Sequence record: DRR723986_1345
DNA: 50,808 bases
Reading direction: 5' to 3' (one strand)
The translations under genes were made by a program, and so were the position numbers. The stretch's first letter is position 1, and every line of letters starts with the position of its first letter. This document shows, one piece after another, positions 18,001 to 28,030 of the stretch. The notes beneath the pieces are model-generated. The model had not been told where the DNA came from and ran no database searches. It saw only the letters and a program-made list of their open reading frames with translations.

Positions 18001-18081
18001 TCGCCCGAAAAGGCAAAACTGAACGAATTTCACCGTTTCCGTTCAGCGGATCGTCACCACGCGCGTGGTACGGCGTTAAGC

Positions 18082-18750
18082 ATGCTCCGCCAGCTTATCG
18101 CCATCCTGATTACCTGTTTTGCGATCGCCTTTGCCTTTGGCGCGCTGACAGCCGTACGCTGGCCGTCGATCATGATGGCCGTCAGCTGGCTGGCCCATGA
18201 CCAATTGGCCGATGGCCTCGCCACGGTGAACTGGCGCCAGCTTGGCATCGACAATGGCGGGCCCTACCTGCTCGCCGCGCTGTGCTTTTACTGTTCTGCC
18301 GCCATGGTGGCTGCGCGCCGCCGCGGCGGGGTTGCCTGGTATCTTTGCGGTATGGGCGCAGGCTTTCCAGTCTTCTACCTTGTCACCTTCGAACCCGGCT
18401 GGTGGGAAAACCCGAGCATTGCCGAAGGCGGTGTCGCCGGGCTCGGCGCTGTCGGCGTCCTGCTGCTGATCGCCGTCTGGGAGCTGCGCTATCGCCCTGC
18501 CCGGCAGGCCGAACAGGCAGAGGCCCAGCCCGATGAGGTGCGGCAGCCTGTGGTGCAGACCATTCTCGTCCAGCAATCTGTTGATGGCGAAGAGCCTGTG
18601 GTCGTGCGCAAACATGTGTTCGGCCAGCCCAAGACCCGGCCCGGTTTCGTCCCGGCCGCCGTGGCGCGCCAGCGGGCCAGCTTTGCCCATCATGGCCGCA
18701 AGGCCGCTGCCCGCCGGCAGAAAGTGCTGGAAGCCCGCGGCCTCGCCTGA
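18082..18750 (+). CDS. Hypothetical membrane protein with a basic C-terminal tail
   Basis: Four TM segments and high GC3 codon usage. Confidence 0.65.
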   Translation: MLRQLIAILITCFAIAFAFGALTAVRWPSIMMAVSWLAHDQLADGLATVNWRQLGIDNGGPYLLAALCFYCSAAMVAARRRGGVAWYLCGMGAGFPVFYLVTFEPGWWENPSIAEGGVAGLGAVGVLLLIAVWELRYRPARQAEQAEAQPDEVRQPVVQTILVQQSVDGEEPVVVRKHVFGQPKTRPGFVPAAVARQRASFAHHGRKAAARRQKVLEARGLA

Positions 18751-18841
18751 GGCCCGGCCAGACCGGCAGACCCTGAATTTACTTCGCTTTGCGCCCACAT
18801 GGCGTATGGTCCTCCAAGAATGATAATGAGGGAGGCTTGTC

Positions 18842-19207
18842 ATGGCCGTTCGCAATCTCGCCGGCTTCGCGCTGGCTGTGCTGGCAGCCTGGCTGCTCTG
18901 GGGTGGCATTCACACAGTGAACGTGATCGTTTCGCGCGGCAGCCCCCTGTCTGATGCCCTTCTTTCCCCGCCAACCAGCCTGCTGCGCATCCTCGGCACC
19001 TTTGTCGCTGTGATCGGCGGCCTGCTGGCAGGCTTCGGCAGACCCTTCGGCGCTCTGCTCAGCCTGATCGGTGTGGGCGTTTTCGCGCTGCTGGCGGCCA
19101 CAATGGCGCTTTCCGGGGCAAATTCGGTGCTCTGGATGGATGAAGCCGTGTTTTCAGGCATTCTGATTGTGCTGATGGGCCTGCTATTTATCCTGCAACG
19201 CGACTGA
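18842..19207 (+). CDS. Hypothetical membrane protein
   Basis: GGGAGG RBS; four TM segments. Confidence 0.7.
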   Translation: MAVRNLAGFALAVLAAWLLWGGIHTVNVIVSRGSPLSDALLSPPTSLLRILGTFVAVIGGLLAGFGRPFGALLSLIGVGVFALLAATMALSGANSVLWMDEAVFSGILIVLMGLLFILQRD

Positions 19208-19304
19208 AGCTGCTCTCCCTACCAAGGGCGCATTGATTTCAGGGCGCAAATGCCTAGGTTGGCGCTCGAATCCTCAGGCCCCTTTTCGCAAGGCAGAATT
19301 TCCC

Positions 19305-20711
19305 ATGGCAGAGACCTATGACGTCGTCATCATCGGTGGCGGCCCCGGCGGCTACAATTGCGCGATCCGCGCAGGACAACTCGGGCTGAAAGTTGCCTGT
19401 ATCGAATCCCGCGGCAAGCTGGGCGGGACCTGCCTGAATGTCGGCTGCATCCCGTCCAAGGCCCTCCTCCACGCATCGGACCTTTATCGCGGCGCACAGG
19501 AAGATTTCGCCGGCATGGGCATCAAGACCGGCAAGCTGGAAATCGATGTCACCCAGATGATGGCGCAGAAGGACGACGCCGTCGAAGGCCTGACCAAGGG
19601 GATCGAGTTCCTCTTCAAGAAGAACAAGGTCGACTACATCGTGGGCCGCGGCAAGATCCTCGGGCCGGGCAAGGTCGAAGCGACCCTTAACGAGGGCGGC
19701 ACCCAGACTTTCGAAACGAAAAACATCGTCATCGCCACCGGTTCCGAGCCGGTCAGTCTGCCAGGTATTGAGATCGACGAAGAGCGCGTGGTGACGAACA
19801 CTGGCGCCCTGTCGCTGACCTCCGTGCCGAAGCGCCTGATCCTGATCGGCGCCGGCGTCATTGGCCTTGAGATGGGCTCGGTCTGGGCACGCCTCGGCGC
19901 TGAAGTGACCGTGGTCGAATATCTCGACCGCATCATGCCGGGCGCCGACAGCGAGATCGCCAAGGAAGCCCAGCGCGTCTTCAAGAAGCAGGGCCTCAGC
20001 TTCCGCCTCGGCCAGAAAGTGACCGGCGTCGAGAAGATGAAGTCGAAGCTGAAGCTCTCGATGGAGCCCGCCAAGGGCGGCGACACCGAAACCCTTGACG
20101 CAGACGTTGTGATCGTGGCTGTCGGCCGCCGTGCGTACACGGATGGACTAGGTCTTGAGTCTGTCGGCGTGACCACTGACAAGCGGGGCGTCGTGCAGGT
20201 CACCGATGGCCACTTCAAGGCCGCTGACGGCGTCTGGGCGATCGGTGACTGCATCCACGGGCCGATGCTGGCCCACAAGGCTGAGGATGATGGGACGGCG
20301 GTTGCCGAACTCATCGCCGGCAAGGCAGGCCATGTCGACTATGACCTCGTGCCGAGTGTCGTCTACACGAATCCGGAGATCGCCTGGGTCGGCAAGACGG
20401 AAGACCAGCTGAAGGAAGCCGGCATCGAATACAAGAAGGGCAAGTTCCCCTTCATGGCCAACTCCCGCGCCCGCACGAACCACGAAACCACCGGCTTTGT
20501 GAAGATCCTGGCCGACAAGAACACCGACCGAATTCTGGGCGCGCACCTGATGGGGCCCTGTGTCGGCGAGATGATCGGCGAGATCTGTGTGGCCATGGAA
20601 TTCGGCGCCGCCTCGGAAGATATCGCCCGTACCTGTCACGCCCACCCTACCCTGTCGGAAGCGATCCGTCAGGCGGCGATGGGCGTCGAAGGCTGGACGA
20701 TGCAGATGTAG
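19305..20711 (+). CDS. lpdA: Dihydrolipoyl dehydrogenase (E3)
   Basis: [36 protein letters not shown]. Confidence 0.96.
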   Translation: MAETYDVVIIGGGPGGYNCAIRAGQLGLKVACIESRGKLGGTCLNVGCIPSKALLHASDLYRGAQEDFAGMGIKTGKLEIDVTQMMAQKDDAVEGLTKGIEFLFKKNKVDYIVGRGKILGPGKVEATLNEGGTQTFETKNIVIATGSEPVSLPGIEIDEERVVTNTGALSLTSVPKRLILIGAGVIGLEMGSVWARLGAEVTVVEYLDRIMPGADSEIAKEAQRVFKKQGLSFRLGQKVTGVEKMKSKLKLSMEPAKGGDTETLDADVVIVAVGRRAYTDGLGLESVGVTTDKRGVVQVTDGHFKAADGVWAIGDCIHGPMLAHKAEDDGTAVAELIAGKAGHVDYDLVPSVVYTNPEIAWVGKTEDQLKEAGIEYKKGKFPFMANSRARTNHETTGFVKILADKNTDRILGAHLMGPCVGEMIGEICVAMEFGAASEDIARTCHAHPTLSEAIRQAAMGVEGWTMQM

Positions 20712-20773
20712 TTTTGCAGCGTTCACAGCGCGGAAACAGTGGACGCACAGAATTACGTTGCTACTTTTAGGGC

Positions 20774-21220
20774 ATGTATATTCATGCCGGAGCCGGCTGG
20801 CACATACGGGATTATGAAACGAGCGACGGGCAAGCCTGCATGTCGATCTTCATGTCCTGTCTGCGCAAATTCCCCTGGCGCGGCGCGCCCAGGCCTTATG
20901 TGGCGCGGCTGATCCGCTCCCTGCCCGGCGCGAAGATCTGGGTCGCCGAAGAGCCGAATGCCGGCATCATCGGCTTCCTGACACTTCAGCCGCCCGATGC
21001 GTATATCGACCACATCTTCGTGCACGAGGACTGGCGCTTCTGCGGCGTCGGCCGCGGCCTGCTGGAAGTTGCCCGGCAAGAGGCCGGCCAGCCGCTGACG
21101 CTGGATGTGGACACGCAGAATTTTGGCGCGCGCAAGGCTTACGAGGCGCTCGGCTGGCATGTCGCCGCCTCTGCCGGTGAAGACAGCGGCCGCAGCCAGA
21201 TACGTCTCGTCAGCCCTTAA
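20774..21220 (+). CDS. GNAT family N-acetyltransferase
   Basis: YIDHIFVHEDWRFCGVGRGLL, N--ARKAYEALGW. Confidence 0.8.
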   Translation: MYIHAGAGWHIRDYETSDGQACMSIFMSCLRKFPWRGAPRPYVARLIRSLPGAKIWVAEEPNAGIIGFLTLQPPDAYIDHIFVHEDWRFCGVGRGLLEVARQEAGQPLTLDVDTQNFGARKAYEALGWHVAASAGEDSGRSQIRLVSP

Positions 21221-21238
21221 GCTGGATCGCGAGCCAAA

Positions 21239-21997
21239 TCACTCGCCAGCGAGGCGGGCGGCTTCCTCATCCGACAGTTCGGAATTGTCGTAGACGTTCG
21301 ATACGTCGTCGAGGTCATCCAGCACGTCGAGCAGCTTCATCAGCGTGTCGGCGGCGTCGCCCTCGATCGGCACCGTGTTCTGCGGCTTCCAGATCAGCTT
21401 GGTCGACTTGGCTTCGACCGCGTCCCCGAAATGCTCGGTCAGTGCATCGGCCACCGTCTGCAGGTCTTCGCGGGCGGTGTAGATGAAGTGGCCGCTCTCG
21501 TCGGACTCGACATCCTGGGCACCGGCCATGATGGCGGCTTCCATGATCTCGTCTTCGCTGCCGGCTTCCGGCGGGTATTCGATCTCGCCGACCTGGTCGA
21601 AGCCGAAGGAGACAGAGCCCGTCTCGCCGAGGTTTCCGCCATTCTTCGAGAAGGCCGTGCGGATATCGGTCGCGGCGCGGTTCTTGTTGTCGGTCGAGGC
21701 TTCCACAATGATGCCGACGCCGCCGGGGCCAAAGCCTTCATAGCGGATATCCATATAGTCTTCGCCGCCGCCGCCCTGGCCCTTGTCGATGGCGCGCTGG
21801 ATGTTGTCCTTCGGCATCGACTGGCCCTTGGCGTTCTGGATTGCCAGACGCAGGCGCGGATTGGCGTCCGCATCGGGCCCGCCCATTTTCGACGCGATGG
21901 TAAGCTCCTTGGAGAGGCGCGAGAACAGCGCGGCGCGCTTCTTGTCCTGGGCGCCTTTGCGGTGCTGGATGTTTGCCCATTTGCTGTGGCCGGCCAT
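21239..21997 (-). CDS. yebC: YebC/PmpR family protein
   Basis: [38 protein letters not shown]. Confidence 0.95.
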   Translation of the reverse strand: MAGHSKWANIQHRKGAQDKKRAALFSRLSKELTIASKMGGPDADANPRLRLAIQNAKGQSMPKDNIQRAIDKGQGGGGEDYMDIRYEGFGPGGVGIIVEASTDNKNRAATDIRTAFSKNGGNLGETGSVSFGFDQVGEIEYPPEAGSEDEIMEAAIMAGAQDVESDESGHFIYTAREDLQTVADALTEHFGDAVEAKSTKLIWKPQNTVPIEGDAADTLMKLLDVLDDLDDVSNVYDNSELSDEEAARLAGE

Positions 21998-22089
21998 GAA
22001 AACCCTCTCGGCAGCGGTTCAAAACTGGAAAGGCAGGGCTTTAGCGCATGGGGCGCCGCAGGCCAAGCCGGACGGTTCATGCGTGAAGG

Positions 22090-22665
22090 TCAGGCCGGTT
22101 CGAGCAGGTCCCGGCGGGCGGTTTCCATCGCATCGGTGAAAACGCCGGTATCGTCGCTGGCCCGCGCGACGAGGAGGGCGCCCTGGATATCGATGATGGC
22201 GGCAGTGGCCCGGCGTTTTGCCTCGGCCGCCGGGAACCCCGCGCCTTCCAGCGCATCGGCCAGCGCGGCGATCCAGTCGTTCAGGATGGCCTGCACCTTT
22301 CCGGCGGAGTCCGGCGCGAGACCGGGCGAGACCATGAGGCTGGCGACAAGACAGGGCTCGCGCCCGCAATCATACATCGCGCTGGTCGTTTCCAGCATCG
22401 CCGCGACCCGGTCCGCCAGCGGCCCTTCCCCGGCCAATGGCGCGAGGATGTTCTGTTCGATCTGGCCATGGGCGAAGTCCGCGACGGCGGCGACCATCTC
22501 GTCCTTCCCGCCCGGGAAGTGGTGATAGAGGCTGGAGCGGCCAAGGCCGGTCGCCTCTGAAATGTCCGACAGGGCCGCGCCCTCGAAGCCGCGATGGCGG
22601 AACAGGTCGAACAATTTGCGGACGATCTCGTCGCGCGAATGGGAAGTTCTGGCAGCAGCGGTCAT
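22090..22665 (-). CDS. TetR/AcrR family regulator
   Basis: FRHRGFEGAALSDISEATGLGRSSLYHHFPGGK HTH; PCLV in the ligand domain. Confidence 0.9.
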   Translation of the reverse strand: MTAAARTSHSRDEIVRKLFDLFRHRGFEGAALSDISEATGLGRSSLYHHFPGGKDEMVAAVADFAHGQIEQNILAPLAGEGPLADRVAAMLETTSAMYDCGREPCLVASLMVSPGLAPDSAGKVQAILNDWIAALADALEGAGFPAAEAKRRATAAIIDIQGALLVARASDDTGVFTDAMETARRDLLEPA

Positions 22666-22722
22666 GGGTGTACCCTTCCGCAACTGACCGGGAAAATCAA
22701 AGCGGATTTCAGACGCGCGTTC

Positions 22723-22758
22723 GGGGAAGGACGAGTGGGAGAGTCCCCGTCCTTCCCC
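22723..22758. terminator. Strong hairpin between the ahpD-like gene and tetR
   Basis: GGGGAAGGACG...CGTCCTTCCCC 11-bp stem; no clear U-tract. Confidence 0.5.
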
Positions 22759-22802
22759 TTCCGGGCCTTTTGGACCCGTCAGGCGCTTCCTCAGCGTTGG
22801 CT

Positions 22803-23363
22803 TCAGGCCGGTTCGGCCACGCGCTCGGCGGTGACGACCGGGAAGTCGATCTCGGTGCCGAACACCTCATTGAGGTAGTTGGTGTAGACGTTGAGGGCGA
22901 CATGGCCGACGACTTCCACGAGTTCGCCATCCGACAGGCCAGCGGCGCGGGCTTCGGCGATGTCGGTGTCTTTGACGGCACCGCGGGCGATGGCGATCTT
23001 GCGGGCGAGGACGACAGCGGCATCCGCTTTCGCATCGGAGGCACGGCCGCCGCGGGCGCGGATGATCTCGTCTTCCGGCAGTTTCAGCATGTTGGCCGCG
23101 ATGTAGGAGTGGGCCGAGTTGCAGTAGGAGCAGCCGTTCACGTTGGCGATGGCGAGCGCGATGCGCTCCCGCGTTGCGGCCGGCAGCTGCCCCTTGCCGA
23201 GCGCGCTGTTGAACGACAGCAGGCCGTCCAGGGCGGCCGGGCTGTTGGCGGTGAGGCGGTAGAGGTTCGGCACGATGCCGAGCGCGGCTTTCACGCCGTT
23301 CAGCGAAGCGTGTGCAGCGGCCGGGGCGTCTTCAACGGTGGCGGGGGTCGGGATACGGGACAT
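22803..23363 (-). CDS. AhpD/carboxymuconolactone decarboxylase family peroxidase-like protein
   Basis: VPNLY, ERIALAIANVNGCSYCNSAH (E-CxxC-H), NYLN. Confidence 0.88.
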   Translation of the reverse strand: MSRIPTPATVEDAPAAAHASLNGVKAALGIVPNLYRLTANSPAALDGLLSFNSALGKGQLPAATRERIALAIANVNGCSYCNSAHSYIAANMLKLPEDEIIRARGGRASDAKADAAVVLARKIAIARGAVKDTDIAEARAAGLSDGELVEVVGHVALNVYTNYLNEVFGTEIDFPVVTAERVAEPA

Positions 23364-23434
23364 TTGAATTTCCTTGTTTGATCAGGGTGACTTCAGGGGT
23401 CGCCTGAAGGGTTACTGTCTTTCGACCCGGCTTA

Positions 23435-23454
23435 TGTACCGATCGTTCGGTTCA
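23435..23454. promoter_or_regulatory. Palindromic TetR-type operator upstream of ahpD-tetR
   Basis: TGTACCGA-TCGT-TCGGTTCA imperfect inverted repeat. Confidence 0.65.
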
Positions 23455-23854
23455 AAACAAGGGGGCTCGCGAAAGCGTGATCGCCAGCACGTGCGGCGCC
23501 GGTAAAGGCGCTTGCTGCGGTGGGTTTGGTTTTCGGGGGATGGAGCCCGCGTCAGGTGTCCGGCGGGGGCAGGAACAGGATCCGGAACAAATGCCCCGCA
23601 CCTGCCGGGAAGATCCCTGTTCAGCGCGATCTGCGCATGATCACCGGCGATCATGCCATGACCAGGCAGGACCAAGCCGGATTAAACAGGACGATACCGG
23701 ACCAGTGCGGACTCACCGTCGGGCGCTGCGCCGCCTGCCGACACTACGGGTTCCTCCGGCTTGGCAGGCAGAAGGAAAAGCTGTCTGATCCGGTGAACGT
23801 CGCGCTGAGGAGATGATCCGGGGCGGCGTCTGACATCGTCTGGGAGGGAACCGG

Positions 23855-25432
23855 ATGACACGCGACGCAGACCAGCTTTCGCATTTTTACCTCGCCGGGG
23901 GCGGCATCGCCTCTCTGGCGGCGGCGGTGTTCCTCGTACGCGATGCGGGCGTTGCGGGCGGGCAGGTCACCATCTTCGAGAAGGAAGACCACTTCGGCGG
24001 CAGCCTCGACGGGTCCGGCGATGCGGACATGGGCTATCTCGTGCGCGGCGGGCGGATGTTCGAGCCGAACTTCGTCTGCACCTTCGACCTGTTGCAATCC
24101 ATCCCGAGCGGGTTGCCGGGCGGCTTGTCAGCGAAGGAGGACATATTCGCCTTCAACCGGGACGTACCCGGATCGTCCCGCTGCCGGCTTATCCGGGATG
24201 GCGCCAAGGCCGACACGCGTCTCGGTCTGCGCCTGCGCGACATGCGGGACTTGGCCCGCCTGATTCAGGCGAAAGAAAAGACGTTGGACGGAAAGGCGAT
24301 TGAGGACTGCTTCGAAGCGGCCTTCTTCCAGTCGAACTTCTGGATCATGTGGAGCACCATGTTCGCCTTCCAGACATGGCACAGCGCGATCGAGCTCGCG
24401 CGATACCTGAAGCGCTTCATCCACCTCTTCCCCGGCTTCACCCGCATGGAAAGCGTGCTGCGGACTCGGTTCAACCAGTATGACTCGCTGATCGCGCCCA
24501 TCGTGGACTGGCTGACGAAACGGGGCGTGAATTTCGCGACGGGCACGGAAATTGTTGACGCCAGCCTTGACGGGCCGGGCGAGGCGCTCAGCGTCGCCGA
24601 ACTCATTCTCGACCGGGCCGGGCGGCGCGAGACCCTGCCAGTTTCCGAACATGACCGCGTCTTCTTTACGCTCGGCTCGATGACGGCCGATTCGGTACAG
24701 GGGTCGAACACGGCGCCCCCGCCCGCCCCGGAGACGGAAAGCGCCTGGACACTCTGGCAAAACCTCGCGGCGAAGACGCCTGTGTTCGGACGGCCGGACC
24801 TGTTCTGCCCGGACGTGACGCGCACACGCTGGGAGTCCTTCACGGTGACGCTGAAGAACCCGGCCTTCGTCGATCACATGGAACGCTTCTCCGGCAACCG
24901 GACCGGCACGGGCGGCCTGGTGACCATCGCCGATTCCAGCTGGATGCTGTCCTTCGTGATGTTCCATCAGCCGCATTTCCGTCAGCAGGCAGATAGCACC
25001 TATGTCTTCTGGGGCTATGGCCTGCTCGGTGACCGGGAGGGAGACTTCGTGACGAAGCCGATGGCGGCGTGTACGGGCGAGGAGATCCTGGCGGAGCTTG
25101 CGGGCCAGTTACGGCTCGGCGATCAGGCAGAGGCCATGTTCCGCGAGGCCGTCGTCCGGCCCTGCATGATGCCGCTGATCACCAGCCAGTTCATGCCGCG
25201 CCGGGCGGGCGACCGGCCGGATGTGGTGCCGCAAGGCGCCCAGAATTTCGCCTGTCTCGGCCAGTATTGCGAACAGACGCACGATGTCGTCTTCACGGTC
25301 GAGTATTCCGTCCGCTCCGCCATGACGGCCGTGCACAGACTGGCCGGCGGCAAACCGTCACCGCCCGTGAAGCGCACTGACCGAAACCCGATTGTGATTG
25401 CAAACGCCCTACGGACGATCCTGGCCGGATAG
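23855..25432 (+). CDS. ohyA: Oleate hydratase (myosin-cross-reactive antigen family)
   Basis: GGGIASL FAD motif, GGSLDG, RGGRM, FNQYDS, GTGGLVT, TVEYSVRSA. Confidence 0.92.
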   Translation: MTRDADQLSHFYLAGGGIASLAAAVFLVRDAGVAGGQVTIFEKEDHFGGSLDGSGDADMGYLVRGGRMFEPNFVCTFDLLQSIPSGLPGGLSAKEDIFAFNRDVPGSSRCRLIRDGAKADTRLGLRLRDMRDLARLIQAKEKTLDGKAIEDCFEAAFFQSNFWIMWSTMFAFQTWHSAIELARYLKRFIHLFPGFTRMESVLRTRFNQYDSLIAPIVDWLTKRGVNFATGTEIVDASLDGPGEALSVAELILDRAGRRETLPVSEHDRVFFTLGSMTADSVQGSNTAPPPAPETESAWTLWQNLAAKTPVFGRPDLFCPDVTRTRWESFTVTLKNPAFVDHMERFSGNRTGTGGLVTIADSSWMLSFVMFHQPHFRQQADSTYVFWGYGLLGDREGDFVTKPMAACTGEEILAELAGQLRLGDQAEAMFREAVVRPCMMPLITSQFMPRRAGDRPDVVPQGAQNFACLGQYCEQTHDVVFTVEYSVRSAMTAVHRLAGGKPSPPVKRTDRNPIVIANALRTILAG

Positions 25433-25434
25433 GC

Positions 25435-26256
25435 TCACCCCGGCACCATCTCGCTGAGGCGGCCGCCGATGCGGATCGGCTCTATACGGATGGCAAGGCC
25501 GGTTCGGTCGTCGGTTTCGATATAGGTGCCGCAGAGCGTGCCTTCGCCGAGGGCCGGCTGGTAGCGGTCTCCGGGCAGCTGGGTCTGGAAACGGTAGAGC
25601 GAGATCTGCTTCTGCATGCCGATGACGCTGTCATAGTCGCCGCACATGCCGGCATCGGTCTGGTAGGCGGTGCCGCCTTCGAGGATCATCGTGTCGGCGG
25701 TCGGCACATGGGTGTGGCTGCCGACGACGAGGCTGGCGCGGCCGTCGCAATGGTGGCCCATGGCCATTTTCTCTGACGTCGCCTCGCAATGCATGTCGAC
25801 CACGATGGCATCGGCCACAGCGCCCAGCGGCATGGAGTCGAGCGCGGCGTCCACCGCGTCGAAGGGGCAGCTCATGGTCTGTTTCATGAACACATTGCCC
25901 TGCGCCTGGATCACGCCGATGCGGCGGCCATCCGGCAGGGCGAAGAGATGCGCCCCCTTCCCCGGCGCATTGGCCGCGGCGGGATAGTTGACGGGGCGCA
26001 GGAGGCGCGGCTCGCGCTCGATATAGGTCAGCGCCTCGCGCTGGTCCCAGGCATGGTCGCCAAGGGTCAGACAGTCCGCCCCCGCATTGAAAAACTCTTC
26101 CGCGATGGCGCTGGTCAGACCAAAGCCGCCGGCGGCGTTCTCTGCGTTGACGATGGCAAAGTCCACCTGCAGGCGGGCTTTCAGGCCCGGCAGATGGTCC
26201 AGCACGGCTTGGCGACCGGGCTTTCCGACGACGTCTCCGAAAAATGCAATCTTCAT
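25435..26256 (-). CDS. ymdB: YmdB/TIGR00282 metallophosphoesterase
   Basis: GDVVGKPGR, NAENAAGG, DMHCEATSEK, GSHTHV, TDAGMCG. Confidence 0.92.
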   Translation of the reverse strand: MKIAFFGDVVGKPGRQAVLDHLPGLKARLQVDFAIVNAENAAGGFGLTSAIAEEFFNAGADCLTLGDHAWDQREALTYIEREPRLLRPVNYPAAANAPGKGAHLFALPDGRRIGVIQAQGNVFMKQTMSCPFDAVDAALDSMPLGAVADAIVVDMHCEATSEKMAMGHHCDGRASLVVGSHTHVPTADTMILEGGTAYQTDAGMCGDYDSVIGMQKQISLYRFQTQLPGDRYQPALGEGTLCGTYIETDDRTGLAIRIEPIRIGGRLSEMVPG

Positions 26257-26282
26257 CCGGCTACGCTATGCACCCGGCCCGC

Positions 26283-26325
26283 AAAAAAGAAAAGCGCGCG
26301 CACCCAGATGAATGCGCACGCCTTT
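26283..26325 (-). terminator. Intrinsic terminator of the lipoprotein gene
   Basis: Minus strand GCGTGCGCA-loop-TGCGCGCGC followed by TTTTCTTTTTT. Confidence 0.7.
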
Positions 26326-26341
26326 CATGTCGTCAGGAAGC

Positions 26342-27961
26342 CTATTCGTTGGCGGCGGAGAAGCCGAGCTTCTCTTTTGTCAGGGCCGACGGGTCTTCCA
26401 TGTTGGCCAGCGTGGACATGACCAGCGGCTCGGCCGGGGCGAGCTTGATGGTCAGCGTCTTCGGGCTGGTCACAAAGCTGGAAAGCGCCGTCGAGGCCTC
26501 GGTCAGCAGTTCCGGGTCGATGCCACTGCCAGCCGCCATCATCGGCGCCATGGCCAGAAGACCGGTCAGCTGGTTGCGGATCTCCTGCGGGTCCTGCCCG
26601 GACTGGGCGGCATAGGCGTTGAAGGCCCGGTCCATGAAGCCGTCATCGTCGATCGACAGTTCCATATTGTGGATGATCATGTTGTCGAGCGTATCGCCCA
26701 GCATGTCCGCCGGATCGTCGGATGCGTCCGCCGCGGCCATGGCCTTGGCGCCGGCATACTGCGCACCGAAATCGATGCGGAACCCGTCCTTCAGCTCCCA
26801 GAAGTTCTCACCCTTCTGATAGGTTGTGAGATCCGAGGCTTCGTCATAGGTCTGGTATCCGGCGCCGGACAGTTCCAGTTCCTGATAGCCCAACATCGCC
26901 AGCTGGCCGGCCAGCTGCTCGCCATACTTGCCTTCATCCGTGGTGAGAGAAACCTTGAATGGCTCGGTCTTCACGGCGACGACACCGTTTTTCTTGTCAC
27001 GGCCAACGGCGGAGACAAGCTTCGGCAGGTCGATCTTCACGCCGGCCATGTCCATGTCGAAGCCGTTCAGCTTCAGGGATTCATAGCCCGGATTGGCCGG
27101 GTCCTGTCCCGCCAGATTCATCATCTGCGAGACCTCTTCCGGGTCTGCGGCATCTCCCGACGCGTCGGTCAGCAGGCCAAGATCGGCGCCGCGCATCTCG
27201 ATAGAGGCAAGATTGAGCTTCATCTTGGTGTCTTCGGCCGGGTCGAACATGTCGAAGGTCAGGCCATCCAGCTTCATCAGGGCGGCGGCCTGTTCCTTCA
27301 GGCCTGTCACTTCGATCGTGCCGATGGTGAAGGTGCCCTGCTCGCCATCCGGGTCGTCGATGCGGAAATCGACGTCCTTGACGGCCCATTGGTCGAAGGC
27401 GAGGGCGTCGCCTTCCGGCAGGTCCGGCACTTCATCTTCGGAGAACAGGCTGGCGACCCAGCTGGCGGTTTCCGGAGACGGATTGACGAGGTCGATGGAG
27501 CCGATCTTGCCGGAACCGTTCTCGGCCTCTTCCGGGTCGGTCGGCACAAATGTGATGTCGTTGAGCAGGATGCGGGAGAAGCTCGGCTCGCCGTCCAGCA
27601 TGGCGAGGCCGTCCAGTTCGAGCGTTGCAACCGTCAGGTCTGCGCCATCAAGCTCGGAGACCTCATCTTCATCGTCGCCCTCATAGGCGGACGTCACGAT
27701 GGTGACGCCGGTGAAGACAGCCTTGTCGCCACTCAGGTCCCGCTTGTCCCAGGTGACATTGCCAGAGCCGGACGTTTCCAGCGACATGGCGGCGAGAGCG
27801 GCGGCGGCCGATCCTGCATCCCCTTTATGGACCGAGTAAGACGGAACCTTGGATTCGGAGAAGACAATTCCCGACGGCGCGGCGGCGTCATCCGGCTTGT
27901 CTTTCTGCCCGCAAGCCGTAAGCATGGTGATGGCGGCAACGCCCGTCAGCAAATATTTCAT
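26342..27961 (-). CDS. Large acidic lipoprotein of unknown function
   Basis: Lipobox LTAC at residue 17; GAGG RBS; strong GC3 bias; beta-strand-like periodicity. Confidence 0.8.
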   Translation of the reverse strand: MKYLLTGVAAITMLTACGQKDKPDDAAAPSGIVFSESKVPSYSVHKGDAGSAAAALAAMSLETSGSGNVTWDKRDLSGDKAVFTGVTIVTSAYEGDDEDEVSELDGADLTVATLELDGLAMLDGEPSFSRILLNDITFVPTDPEEAENGSGKIGSIDLVNPSPETASWVASLFSEDEVPDLPEGDALAFDQWAVKDVDFRIDDPDGEQGTFTIGTIEVTGLKEQAAALMKLDGLTFDMFDPAEDTKMKLNLASIEMRGADLGLLTDASGDAADPEEVSQMMNLAGQDPANPGYESLKLNGFDMDMAGVKIDLPKLVSAVGRDKKNGVVAVKTEPFKVSLTTDEGKYGEQLAGQLAMLGYQELELSGAGYQTYDEASDLTTYQKGENFWELKDGFRIDFGAQYAGAKAMAAADASDDPADMLGDTLDNMIIHNMELSIDDDGFMDRAFNAYAAQSGQDPQEIRNQLTGLLAMAPMMAAGSGIDPELLTEASTALSSFVTSPKTLTIKLAPAEPLVMSTLANMEDPSALTKEKLGFSAANE

Positions 27962-28030
27962 ATGTTGGCCCTCTGAATAATTGGGTATTGGAATACACGC
28001 GAATCCGGCGTTTGAGCGGAAGTCTTAGCA

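Noticed and set aside
18019-18047. CTGAACG...CGTTCAG inverted repeat after the caspase-like gene
   Set aside because: Long loop and no U-tract; cannot be distinguished from a chance or weak terminator.
19305-20711. lpdA without adjacent sucAB/pdh genes
   Set aside because: Stand-alone E3 genes are common; no further signal.
26312-27976. 554-aa plus-strand ORF and similar long antisense ORFs (4785-5750, 16582-18033, 29572-30765, 37657-38829, 39787-40962)
   Set aside because: Antisense mirrors of real genes, expected in high-GC3 DNA; no motifs or RBS.
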